Origin: an uncultured Verrucomicrobiota bacterium
Lineage (GTDB): Bacteria > Verrucomicrobiota > Verrucomicrobiia > Limisphaerales > JADLHS01
Reading direction: 5' to 3'
DNA length: 64,000 bases
Assembly: GCA_903828255.1 (NCBI GenBank)
Contig: CAIKLQ010000998.1
Location: forward strand, 3,133-67,132
Shown here: one piece after another, positions 28,201-36,108 of the stretch
Layout of the letters: each line of letters opens with the position of its first letter
Numbering within the stretch: position 1 is the first letter of the stretch
Position numbers and translations under genes: made by a program
Notes under the pieces: model-generated
Database searches by the model: none
What the model saw: only the letters and a program-made list of their open reading frames with translations
Told to the model about the DNA's origin: nothing

Positions 28201-28767
28201 GGCATCGCCGACGGCGACTACGTCTATGTGGACGCTAACCCCGCTGACCGTCCGTATCTCGGCGCGACGCCGAGTGATCCTTTCTACAAGGTGAGTCGCC
28301 TCATGCTGCGGCTGACCTTCAACGCGGCCTATCCCTACAACGTCGTGATGATGAAGCACGGCTCGTTCATCGCCACGGAGAAAACCGTCAAGGCCCAACA
28401 GACTCGGCCCGACGGCCTGTCGCTTACGGAAGAAGGCTACATCTCGAATTTCCGTTTCGGTTCGCAGCAGTCCGTCACGCGCAACTGGCACATGCCGATG
28501 CACCAGACCGACACGCTGTTTCACAAGACGAAGGCGATGATGGCCTTTATCTTCGGCGGCGAGGCGGACAATCACGCCATCAACACAGTGCCAAAGGAGT
28601 GTCTGATCCGCATCACCAAAGCGGAGGATGGCGGTCTTGGTGGCAAAGGCCCATGGAAGCCCGGCACGAACGGCATGTCCCCCGACGCCGAGAATGACGG
28701 AATGAAGAAGTATATCGCCGGTAAGTTCAGCGGCAAGGGCGAGGGTGGTGGAGCACAGTTGGAGTAA
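25291..28767 (+). CDS. Molybdopterin (bis-MGD) oxidoreductase alpha subunit, type II DMSO-reductase family, periplasmic NxrA/NarG-like
   Basis: 1158 aa. Tat leader: SRRSFLQRSGLAGAGLTAAQF. FS0 motif: CAPNDTHNC..x..NRHCAKG. TWHGD aligns with the NarG Mo-ligand Asp region. LYGPYRLKHP resembles NarG LYSANRLKYP. Confidence 0.88.
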   Translation: MNDNLSRRSFLQRSGLAGAGLTAAQFLPLRFLQAQQSAEDVSNPLAHYPNRNWEQQYRNQYAYDHQFSWVCAPNDTHNCRITAHVRNGVIVRLGEEYDIADYSDLYGNHATAAWGNRHCAKGYTFHRILYGPYRLKHPIVRRGWKRWADDGFPTLTAEVKAKYKFDSRGTDKFERLSWDDAFTYIAKATKAIATRYSGEAGVKLLESQGYPKEMIDDMGGAGTRTIKMRGGMGLLGVLGKYGMYRLCNSLALLDVNIRGVKPEEAKAGRVWSNYTWHGDQAPGHPWVHGLQNSESDFNDLRNSKLIIMNGKNLVENKMADAHWFVEAMERGAKIVVIAPEYGAPSTKSDYWIPVRPSTDAALWLGVTRLMIDNKWYDEAFVKQFTDFPFLIRKDNLKRLRASEVFANYTSTLPADGPSKKVQNITDDQHKKLGDYVVWDAKSNSAKAVTRDMVGETFAKSGIDPQLDFNGKVKLTDGSEVEVATSWSLYQVHLKDYDLDSVSEITSAPKELIERLAKDIATIKPTSLHQGEGINHWFHATEANRAAYLPLMLTGNIGKPGAGCHGWAGNYKAALFQGSKLTGPGFKGWVGEDPFEQNLDPNAHGKDIKAHAYTKDEEPAYWNHGDRPLIVNTPKEGRKVFTGKSHMPSPTKAIFTTNVNLINNAKWAYGMIKNVNPNVELIVTMDTQMTASVEYSDFGLPANSWVEFQDLEITASCSNPFLQIWKGGIKPVYDSKDDLSILAGIGEALGKLTGDKRFHDHFKFEHEGKRSIYIQRLLDSCTTTAGYQLSDIMAGKYGPPGGCLMLFRSYPRIPFYEQIHDNYPFYTDTGRLHSYSDDPTAISCGENFIVHREGPEATPYLPNVIVSSNPLVRPNDYGIPLDAEHWDERTVRNVKMSWADTKNSKNFLWEKGFQFYCLTPKSRHSVHSSWANVDWHLIWNSNFGDPYRLDKRLPNVGEHQIHMNPQAARDLGIADGDYVYVDANPADRPYLGATPSDPFYKVSRLMLRLTFNAAYPYNVVMMKHGSFIATEKTVKAQQTRPDGLSLTEEGYISNFRFGSQQSVTRNWHMPMHQTDTLFHKTKAMMAFIFGGEADNHAINTVPKECLIRITKAEDGGLGGKGPWKPGTNGMSPDAENDGMKKYIAGKFSGKGEGGGAQLE

Positions 28768-28787
28768 ATCCGAAAACCGAACCACCC

Positions 28788-29336
28788 ATGCCCAAAGATG
28801 AATTTGATTTTGAAGATCCGCTGGAACTGAACGGCGTAGCGCTGTTCACGCACGAGGACACAACCAACGACATGGCTGAATGTTTCATCGAGGAGTTCAT
28901 GCGCATGGGTTACGGCCACAAGCAAATTCTGGCGCTGTTCCGCAATCCGCAATACCTCGGACCGCACTTGGCCTTCGAGAAGCGTGGCGAACCATTCGTG
29001 CGCGACACCATCACGGAAGTCTTCGCGCGCTGGGGGCGGTTGGCGTCGTGGGCTGGTTCGTCCGAAAATCCCCTCACCTCGACCCTCTCCCCCTCTGAAG
29101 GGGAGAGGGAGAATTGTCCTCCGTCAAATCGCGAACCTGTGACTGCCGAAATGAGATCGGCCAAGGAAATTTCAGAAGGGCGATCATCGCTGTTCCCTCC
29201 CCCCCGCGGAGGGGGAGAGAGTCAGGGTGAGGGGGTAGGCGGGGTGAATTCAGCCGCTGCGCCGACACCGACTTTCGAGTCGGCGGGCGCGTTAACCGAC
29301 CCGATGGGGGCTCCCATTCCGATTTTGAACCTGTGA
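28788..29336 (+). CDS. Hypothetical protein between the alpha and beta genes; C-terminal half built from palindromic repeat DNA
   Basis: The first 85 aa or so look like a real domain (MPKDEFDFEDPLELNGVALFTHEDTTNDMAECFIEEFMRMGYGHKQILALFRNPQYLGPHLAFEKRGEPF). The remainder (..LSPSEGERE..PPPRGGGESQGEG..) is encoded by GC hairpin repeats. Confidence 0.5.
   Translation: MPKDEFDFEDPLELNGVALFTHEDTTNDMAECFIEEFMRMGYGHKQILALFRNPQYLGPHLAFEKRGEPFVRDTITEVFARWGRLASWAGSSENPLTSTLSPSEGERENCPPSNREPVTAEMRSAKEISEGRSSLFPPPRGGGESQGEGVGGVNSAAAPTPTFESAGALTDPMGAPIPILNL
29083..29217. repeat. GC-rich palindromic elements (two hairpins) inside ORF 28788-29336
   Basis: ccctctcccc-ctctgaa-ggggagaggg (29083-29109, perfect 10-bp stem) and ctccccc-ccgcgga-gggggag (29197-29217). 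Confidence 0.8.
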
Positions 29337-29372
29337 CCGCCGCCGCAATTAACCATTTAACCTTACCCTATT

Positions 29373-30644
29373 ATGAGCAACGTCCTTAACTGGCAACTCG
29401 GTCGTGAGATGGAATACCCTTACGACGCAGCCTATCCCGACCAACAGTTCGCATTCATCTTCAACCTCAATCGCTGCATCGGGTGTCAGAGCTGCACCAT
29501 GGCCTGCAAGTCCACTTGGACGTTTTCCAAGGGTCAGGAATACATGTGGTGGAACAACGTCGAGACCAAACCCTACGGTGGCTATCCGCATCATTGGGAC
29601 GTGAAGACGCTCGACCTGCTCGAAAAAGCCAATCCCGGCGGTCAGAATTGGGGCGGCAAGCCCGAGAGTGTGAAGGCACCTTACGGCAAGTTCAACGGCA
29701 AGACCATTTTCGAGGCCGCCAAAACCAACATCGCTCCGGAAGGCGCGAATCGCGCGCTCGGCTACCTCCCGACGGACGAAGAGTGGTCCGCTCCGAATCG
29801 TTACGAAGATCACCCCGTCGGCAACGAGAAGGGCGTGAAGGGGCAATACTTCAAGGGCGGCGAACTGTTGCCTGAGCACAAGACCTGGTTCTTCTACCTT
29901 GCGCGCATCTGCAATCACTGCTCCTACCCGGCGTGTCTTGCTGCGTGCCCACGCAACGCCATTTACAAACGTCCCGAAGACGGCATCGTTCTGGTGGATC
30001 AGGAGCGCTGTCGTGGTTACCGCAAGTGCATGGAAGCTTGCCCTTACAAGAAAACATTTTATCGGGGCACGACCCGCACCAGTGAGAAGTGCATCGCCTG
30101 CTTCCCGCGCGTCGAGGGCAAGGATCAAGCCGGCAAAGGGCTGCCGATGCAAACCCGGTGCATGGCGGCGTGCATCGGTCACATCCGGCTTCAGGGTCTT
30201 ATTGAGTTAAACAAGGACGGCACTTGGAAAGAGAACCGGCAGAGTCCGCTTTACTATCTCATCCACGTCGCGAAAGTGGCGCTGCCGCTGTATCCGCAGT
30301 TCGGCACGGAGCCAAACGGTTATTACATACCGCCGCGTTGGGTGCCGCGACCGTATCTCCAGCAAATGTTCGGTCCGGGCGTGGACGCGGCCATCGAGAA
30401 ATACGCCGCACCGGATCGGGAATTGCTCGCGGTGCTGCAGCTTTTCGGCAAGGACCAACGCATTTGCTATCGCTACGAAATCAAGGAAGGTCCGAAGGTT
30501 TTCGAGACTGAAGTGCGCGGGAAGAAATTCACGCTCTACAACGACACGGTCATTGGTTACGCCAAAGACGGCACGAAGATCATTGAAACCCCTGTGGAAG
30601 AACCCCTCCACGTTCGCTCCGACAAACATGCCAACTCCATCTGA
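29373..30644 (+). CDS. Fe-S beta subunit (NarH/NxrB-like) of type II DMSO-reductase family enzyme
   Basis: 423 aa. Cys clusters: CIGCQSCTMAC, CNHCSYPACLAACP, CRGYRKCMEACP and CIACFPR. Confidence 0.88.
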   Translation: MSNVLNWQLGREMEYPYDAAYPDQQFAFIFNLNRCIGCQSCTMACKSTWTFSKGQEYMWWNNVETKPYGGYPHHWDVKTLDLLEKANPGGQNWGGKPESVKAPYGKFNGKTIFEAAKTNIAPEGANRALGYLPTDEEWSAPNRYEDHPVGNEKGVKGQYFKGGELLPEHKTWFFYLARICNHCSYPACLAACPRNAIYKRPEDGIVLVDQERCRGYRKCMEACPYKKTFYRGTTRTSEKCIACFPRVEGKDQAGKGLPMQTRCMAACIGHIRLQGLIELNKDGTWKENRQSPLYYLIHVAKVALPLYPQFGTEPNGYYIPPRWVPRPYLQQMFGPGVDAAIEKYAAPDRELLAVLQLFGKDQRICYRYEIKEGPKVFETEVRGKKFTLYNDTVIGYAKDGTKIIETPVEEPLHVRSDKHANSI

Positions 30645-31596
30645 ACCAACGCTGAGCGAGCCGATTCCCATGCGTGAATGGGCCGCGCGCAGCGAAGGAG
30701 CGAAGCGCTCAGTGTTCGGTAACTACCGCGAGGATGATCTGGAAAGTAGCCGCCGCCGGGAGGAGGCTCGATCTTCATTTGCGGGCAACCCCGGAACATC
30801 TCAGAGCCTCCCTACGGCGGCGGCTACCAAAGCGGGGTTGCAAAGCTCCATTGACCTCGCGCTCGCCCGCGCCTTCATTCACCGCTTTCTCGCCAAAGCC
30901 TACGAAGACCCGACTGTCGAAGCCTGGCGCTGGCTGACTGATGGGCCGACCACTGCCTCGCTCCGTGGCGCCACCTCGGTGTTCAGCGCAGACCTTGCCA
31001 CCAGCACCGAAGCCTTGATTGACGCCCTCCAACCCGACGCCTTCGATCCGTTCCACTCCGCCTATCTCGCCGCTTTCGGGCACGCCGCGCGCGGGCAATG
31101 TCCGCTCAACGAAATTGAATACGGCGATCTCAAAGCCGATCCGCTCTTTCAGCCGCACCGCTTGGCCGACCTCGCCGCGTTCTACAGCGCCTTCGGCTTG
31201 GAAGTCGCCGCGGACGCCGACGAACGCCAGGATCATATCTGCTTGGAACTGGAATTCAGTTGCGTGCTCGCGGCCAAGGAAGCCTACGCGCTGGAAAATC
31301 AACTGGACGCCGAGGAACTGGCGCTGTGCCGCGACGCGCAAAAGAAATTCCTGCGCGAACATCTCGGCCGGTGGACGCCCGCCTTCGCGCGCCGGCTGGC
31401 GAGCACCACCCCGGACGCCGCGCTTCGCGCTTTGGCGGATTTCACCCGCGGCTTCATCGAGTTGGAATGTGCCCGCTTTGCCGTGAATCCCGGCGGCGAA
31501 GATTTGCTGTTGCGTCCTGTGGATCAAGCCGCCGAGAGCATGTGCGATTCGTGTGGCATTCCCGGTTTGCCGCCCGGCGCGCTGCCCACCACCTGA
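30628..31596 (+). CDS. TorD/NarJ-family chaperone (delta subunit)
   Basis: DHICLELEFSCVLAAKEAY and FLREHLGRWTPAFARRL are typical of the TorD/NarJ/DmsD family. ATG at 30628 overlaps the end of the beta gene. Alternative start is ATG at 30670. Confidence 0.7.
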   Translation: MPTPSEPTLSEPIPMREWAARSEGAKRSVFGNYREDDLESSRRREEARSSFAGNPGTSQSLPTAAATKAGLQSSIDLALARAFIHRFLAKAYEDPTVEAWRWLTDGPTTASLRGATSVFSADLATSTEALIDALQPDAFDPFHSAYLAAFGHAARGQCPLNEIEYGDLKADPLFQPHRLADLAAFYSAFGLEVAADADERQDHICLELEFSCVLAAKEAYALENQLDAEELALCRDAQKKFLREHLGRWTPAFARRLASTTPDAALRALADFTRGFIELECARFAVNPGGEDLLLRPVDQAAESMCDSCGIPGLPPGALPTT

Positions 31597-31683
31597 CCGG
31601 AATGACGAAGGACGAATTGAAAAATACCGCGACGATGTCGTCCTTGGGATTCCATTCGGCATCCGTAATTTGACATTCTTGAT

Positions 31684-32610
31684 ATGCAACTGCGCTACGA
31701 CGAAGATTTGGTGGAGGCCGCCGTGTTCCTCTGCACGAGCGGGCGGCGCAGCGGGGTGCCCGCGCTGCAAATTGTCCGCTTCCAGCGCGAGCGCGAAAAA
31801 CCCTACGCCATTTCTGACCCGGACGAGCGCAACGCCGCGTTCTTTAAGTTGCACCTCGACTGGTTTCGCGAGTGGGGCTTGGAGACTGTTCTTGCCAGCT
31901 CGGTGAAAGAATTCCCGCTGCTGCCGCAGAGGTTAAACCTGCTCGCCGTGCGCAAGGCCCGCGGGAAAAGCGACGAAGGCGCGGAGCTTTACGTGAATGA
32001 AACCGGCCAGCGCACTGGCATTCTCGCCCTGCGGCCCGAACGGTTCGCGCAAGACGCGGCTTTGTGGGATTATCTTCGTCACGAGTTCACCCATCTGCAC
32101 GACATGGTTGACCCCGGCTTCGGCTATTCACCCGTCCTCGATCTGCCCGCGCTCAACGCCGCTCAAATCCGGCTCGCCCGCGAACGCTACCGTTTGCTGT
32201 GGGACATCACGATTGATGGTCGGCTCACCGCTGCGGGCCACGCGCCCATGGCCGCGCGCGAGCAACACGCCGCCGCATTTGCGCGCGGCTACTCGTTCTG
32301 GCCGGCGGAGCGACAAACCGAGACATTTGATTCACTCTGGGGCAACACCGCGCCGCGGCACGCCGACTTCCTTGCGCTGATTGCCGACCCGCGCGGTTTG
32401 CGGGAGGCGCATCGGCCCGCGCCCGGCGCTTCGTGTCCGTTGTGTGACTTTCCCACATTTGACTGGGTCAACGGCGATTCGCTGTCGCCGCCCGTCACCG
32501 TGCGCATCGCGTCAGAATTTCCAAGCTGGCTCCCCGACCAAGGCCTCTGCGGTCGCTGTCATGAAGTTTACGCCGCAGCGGTGGACACCCGCCTCCAGGT
32601 TGTGTGTTGA
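31684..32610 (+). CDS. Hypothetical HExxH protein with C-terminal CxxC..CxxC zinc-ribbon-like pair
   Basis: 308 aa. HEFTH at 32080-32094 (..YLRHEFTHLHDMVDPGFGY..). The C-terminus carries SCPLCDF ... GLCGRCHE. No family recognised. Confidence 0.55.
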   Translation: MQLRYDEDLVEAAVFLCTSGRRSGVPALQIVRFQREREKPYAISDPDERNAAFFKLHLDWFREWGLETVLASSVKEFPLLPQRLNLLAVRKARGKSDEGAELYVNETGQRTGILALRPERFAQDAALWDYLRHEFTHLHDMVDPGFGYSPVLDLPALNAAQIRLARERYRLLWDITIDGRLTAAGHAPMAAREQHAAAFARGYSFWPAERQTETFDSLWGNTAPRHADFLALIADPRGLREAHRPAPGASCPLCDFPTFDWVNGDSLSPPVTVRIASEFPSWLPDQGLCGRCHEVYAAAVDTRLQVVC

Positions 32611-32644
32611 CCCACAGCGGCCGGCAAAGTAAGGAGTACGTATC

Positions 32645-33106
32645 GTGATTCGCATCTGCCAACTGTTCATCTCGCCCGGCCACAATTTCGTCGGCCATCA
32701 CGGCCAGCCGCCGGGCACAAATCCCCTGGTCCCCATGAGCGAGGTGGAATGTGTCGCGGGGCGCGGATTACGCGGGGACCGCTACTTTGAGCGCGAGGAA
32801 AATCACAAGGGCCAGATCACCTTTTTCTCGCTGGAAGTTTTCGAGGCGTTGCGCCAGGAAATGAATTTGCCGGACGCCCAACCCCAAGCTACGCGTCGCA
32901 ATGCGTTCACCCGAGGCGCGGATTTGAATGCGCTCATCGGCCAGGAATTTGAAGTGCAGGGCGTGCGTTTCTTCGGTGTGGAGGAAAGCAGTCCGTGCGA
33001 CTGGATGAATCTCGCGGTCGGGCCGGGCGCGCGGGAATGGTTGAAAGGCCGCGGCGGCTTGCGCGCGCGCATCCTCACCGACGGCGTCTTGCGGCGGGAT
33101 GGCTGA
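32645..33106 (+). CDS. MOSC-domain protein
   Basis: 153 aa, GTG start. GRGLRGDRY.., ..TRRNAFTRGADLN and ..SSPCDWM (conserved Cys) fit the MOSC beta-barrel pattern. Confidence 0.65.
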   Translation: MIRICQLFISPGHNFVGHHGQPPGTNPLVPMSEVECVAGRGLRGDRYFEREENHKGQITFFSLEVFEALRQEMNLPDAQPQATRRNAFTRGADLNALIGQEFEVQGVRFFGVEESSPCDWMNLAVGPGAREWLKGRGGLRARILTDGVLRRDG

Positions 33107-33722
33107 GATGAAGTTCAGCGCCGTCATCCTTGCCGGCGGCGCATCGCGGCGCATGGGTCGCGACAAGGCGGCGATTGCAGTGCGAGGTCTGTCCCTTTTG
33201 GCGCGCGCGGTGGCAACGGTTCGCCGCGCCGGCGTCAGCGAAATCTTTATTTCCGGTCGCGAGGGAGGAAACTACGCGGCAGTGGATTGCCCGGTGTTGT
33301 TCGACGCAAAGCCTGGTTGTGGTCCGCTTGGCGGGATCGAACGGGCCTTGAGCGTGATGAGTTCTCCGCTGCTGCTCGTGCTTGCGGTGGACCTGCCAAA
33401 AATGACAGCGACGTTTCTGCGCAAGCTCCTCGCCGTCTGCGATGCCAACATGGGCGTTGTGCCCAAGTGGCGAGGTGAACTTGAACCGCTGGCCGCCCTC
33501 TACCCAAAACGTTGTCACGCGCTCGTGCTCGCTGCGCTTCGGGAGGATCGTCTGGCCGCGCGCGACTTTGCCGAAGCCTGTCTGCACGCAAAGGCAGTGC
33601 GGACCTTCCCCGTTACTGCGACCGATCGCGTTCGTTTTGCCAATTGCAATTCACCCGGCGATCTCTCGGCTATCGCAAGCCGGGCAACTTGCGGAGTGAC
33701 TGGCTCGCAGGGTTCGAGCTAA
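33099..33722 (+). CDS. mobA: Molybdenum cofactor guanylyltransferase
   Basis: VILAGGASRRMGRDKA.. and GPLGGI.. ..LVLAVDLP are the classic MobA motifs. It overlaps the end of the MOSC gene by 8 nt. Confidence 0.85.
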   Translation: MAEMKFSAVILAGGASRRMGRDKAAIAVRGLSLLARAVATVRRAGVSEIFISGREGGNYAAVDCPVLFDAKPGCGPLGGIERALSVMSSPLLLVLAVDLPKMTATFLRKLLAVCDANMGVVPKWRGELEPLAALYPKRCHALVLAALREDRLAARDFAEACLHAKAVRTFPVTATDRVRFANCNSPGDLSAIASRATCGVTGSQGSS

Positions 33723-33775
33723 GTTCGCCATTCGGCTTGGCGTGGGTCGGGAAACTGGCTAGGCTGGCCGGGCTA

Positions 33776-35008
33776 ATGGCGCACGAGACGTTACTGATGG
33801 TGGTCATCGTCCTGGTTTCCGCCGGGGCGAGCTTCTTTTTTGCGCTCGCGGAAACGGCGCTGTTCTCCCTCGGCACCTGGCAGGCGCGACAGCTCGCGGA
33901 AAAAAATCCCCGGTTCGGCAGTATCGTGAGTCGGCTGCTCGCCCAGTCGGAGGATTTGCTGGCGACGCTGGTGTTGGGCAACACGTTCGCCAACGCCGCG
34001 ATGCTGGCCATCGCGTTGTGGATGGCGCTTTCGGATCATTGGCCGCTCTGGTCCACTGCGGCGGGGTTGCTGGTCCTGATTCTTTTTGGGTGCGAGGTGT
34101 TGCCCAAGACGCTGGCGGTGCGGCAGCCGGAACTGTGGGCGTTGCGCGTCGGGCCGCCCTTGTTTTTCTTCCAAAAACTCACGCTCCCGCTGCGTTGGCT
34201 CGCACAGAAGCTCAACGAGTTGATCCTCGGGATTACCATTCCCAAATCCATCCAACCGCAGTCCGCACTCACCGATGCGGACTATCAAGAGTTGCTCGAA
34301 CTGGCCACGCAGCAGGGCGCACTGGCCCAGAGCGAGAAGGAAATCATTTTGCAGATCATCAGCCTGGATCAGCGCACAGCCAAGGACGTGATGCGGCCGC
34401 GCTCGCGCATGGCGTGCATCTCGGACGAATCCACGGTCGAGGAAATGCTCGCCGCGGCGCGCAAGTTCAAGCACCGCCGGCTGCCGATGTATGACGAAAC
34501 GCCGGACACCATCGTCGGCATCCTCAATACGCGGGCGCTCCTGTTCGATCCGCAAATTGATCTGGCGGATGCCATCGAGTTTCCGTCGTTCGTGCCGGAA
34601 TCCATGAATCTGCTGCAACTGCTCAAAAGTTTGCAGCGCCAGCGACGTGGCCTAGCCATGGTGCTCGATGAATTCGGCGGCACGGCTGGATTGGTCACGC
34701 TGGAGGATATTCTCGGCGGACTCGTGGGCAGTGTCCGCGGCGAAGTGGAGGGCGGGGGATTTGTCTTGGAAAAGCTCGCGCCCGGGCGCTGGCGCGTGAG
34801 CGGCACGATGCGGCTGGACGATTTTCGGCGGGAACATCCGGCATTGGGCGAAGTGCCCGAGGTCGAAACGATGGGTGGTTTGCTCACGCACCTGCTAGGC
34901 GTGGTGCCGGGACCGGGGGAATCCGCGACGTTTTGCGGACTGAAACTCATGGCGCAGGTGACAGATGATCGGCGGGTTCGGGAACTCGTCGTTGAACTGG
35001 GGAAGTGA
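33776..35008 (+). CDS. CNNM/CorC-family transporter (DUF21 + CBS pair + CorC_HlyC)
   Basis: ATG at 33776 (MAHETLLMVVIVLVSAGASFFFALAETALFSL). A CBS region follows, then C-terminal ..WRVSGTMRLDDF.. and ..GGLLTHLLGVVP. Confidence 0.8.
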   Translation: MAHETLLMVVIVLVSAGASFFFALAETALFSLGTWQARQLAEKNPRFGSIVSRLLAQSEDLLATLVLGNTFANAAMLAIALWMALSDHWPLWSTAAGLLVLILFGCEVLPKTLAVRQPELWALRVGPPLFFFQKLTLPLRWLAQKLNELILGITIPKSIQPQSALTDADYQELLELATQQGALAQSEKEIILQIISLDQRTAKDVMRPRSRMACISDESTVEEMLAAARKFKHRRLPMYDETPDTIVGILNTRALLFDPQIDLADAIEFPSFVPESMNLLQLLKSLQRQRRGLAMVLDEFGGTAGLVTLEDILGGLVGSVRGEVEGGGFVLEKLAPGRWRVSGTMRLDDFRREHPALGEVPEVETMGGLLTHLLGVVPGPGESATFCGLKLMAQVTDDRRVRELVVELGK

Positions 35009-35017
35009 AGATGGGGA

Positions 35018-35045
35018 AACCTGCAACCTGCAACCTGCAACCGCG
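35018..35045. repeat. Heptanucleotide tandem array (aacctgc, about 4 units), intergenic
   Basis: aacctgc aacctgc aacctgc aaccgcg, lying between the first two CNNM paralogs. Confidence 0.8.
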
Positions 35046-35117
35046 AACACCCAATGACTCTCGTTCGCGTCGCTTTGGAGGTTGGGCGTTGAATGTTGAA
35101 TTTTTCTTTCGCTTGGT

Positions 35118-36107
35118 ATGGCTATAAACGCATTAAGCTGGCTCGTTATCGCCTTCTGCCTGGGACTGTCCTTCCTGCTCTCGGGGATGGAAGCGGGGGT
35201 ATTTGCGTTGAGCCGGCTGCGGGTGCGCCAGCAAATGCGCGCGGGCCGGGTGTCGGCGAAGTTGCTGCATGGCTTCCTCGAAAATCCGGAGAACTTTCTC
35301 TGGACGATTCTGGTCGGCAACACGCTGGTCAACTTTGTCATTCTCGGCTGGGTGGTGGCCACCCTGCACGGGCAATTCGGGGGTCGATGGCTCGTCTTCG
35401 CCTTGCTCTTCGCGGCCATCGTTTTCCTGTTTTACGCCCTGTTCGATCTGCTGCCGAAAATGCTGTTCCGCATTTTTCCCAACCGGCTGTGCCTCCTGTC
35501 AGCGCGGCCGTTCCGGTTCGTGCATCTGGCTTTGCGGCCGCTGGTGGCGCTCGTCGAGCGGGTTTCGCAAACGCTGCTGCGCTGGACCGGCGGGAAAGTT
35601 TTTTCCGGCCACCTCTTCGGCAACCGGGAAGAGTTGCGGCAGGTCATGCAGGACTCCGCGCAAGCTTTCTCGTCTGAGGAACGCGCGATGATCGGTCGCG
35701 TGCTTGATTTGCAGACGCTCACCGTGCGGCAGATCGCCACGCCCATCGCGCAGGCCGTGACCGTGAACACGACGACCACCGTGAGCGAGGTGTTCGCGCT
35801 GGCCCGGGAGCGCGGGTTGACGCGCCTCCCGGTTTGGGAATTGCGCGCCGGCCAGCGGCGCATCGCCGGGTTGGTTTCGGTGGAGACGTTGTTGTTTCAG
35901 ACGAATCTGGAGGTCACGCGCCCCGTCGGGACGCTCGTGCAGCCGGCGTTATTTCTGGAGGAGGAAGCGCGGTTGGAAGTGGCGTTGCGCCGGATGCAGC
36001 GGGGCGGGCAGCGGCTGGCGGTGGTGCTGGGGCGGGATCAGCGCGAGACGGGCATCGTGAGTTTGGAGGACATTCTCAAGGTCATTTTCGGCGAGGTGAA
36101 ATTGTAG
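35118..36107 (+). CDS. CNNM-like protein (DUF21 + CBS pair, no CorC_HlyC domain)
   Basis: 329 aa. SFLLSGMEAGVFALSRLRVRQ is a DUF21-type start, followed by CBS-like segments. It ends 1 nt before the next ATG. Confidence 0.75.
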   Translation: MAINALSWLVIAFCLGLSFLLSGMEAGVFALSRLRVRQQMRAGRVSAKLLHGFLENPENFLWTILVGNTLVNFVILGWVVATLHGQFGGRWLVFALLFAAIVFLFYALFDLLPKMLFRIFPNRLCLLSARPFRFVHLALRPLVALVERVSQTLLRWTGGKVFSGHLFGNREELRQVMQDSAQAFSSEERAMIGRVLDLQTLTVRQIATPIAQAVTVNTTTTVSEVFALARERGLTRLPVWELRAGQRRIAGLVSVETLLFQTNLEVTRPVGTLVQPALFLEEEARLEVALRRMQRGGQRLAVVLGRDQRETGIVSLEDILKVIFGEVKL

Positions 36108-36108
36108 C

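Noticed and set aside
25276-28785. 1169-aa ORF on the minus strand spanning the whole alpha-subunit gene
   Set aside because: It is exactly antisense to a gene with strong family motifs. Its translation is Arg/Ala/Gly/Val-rich with no motifs. Stop-free antisense frames are expected in high-GC coding DNA.
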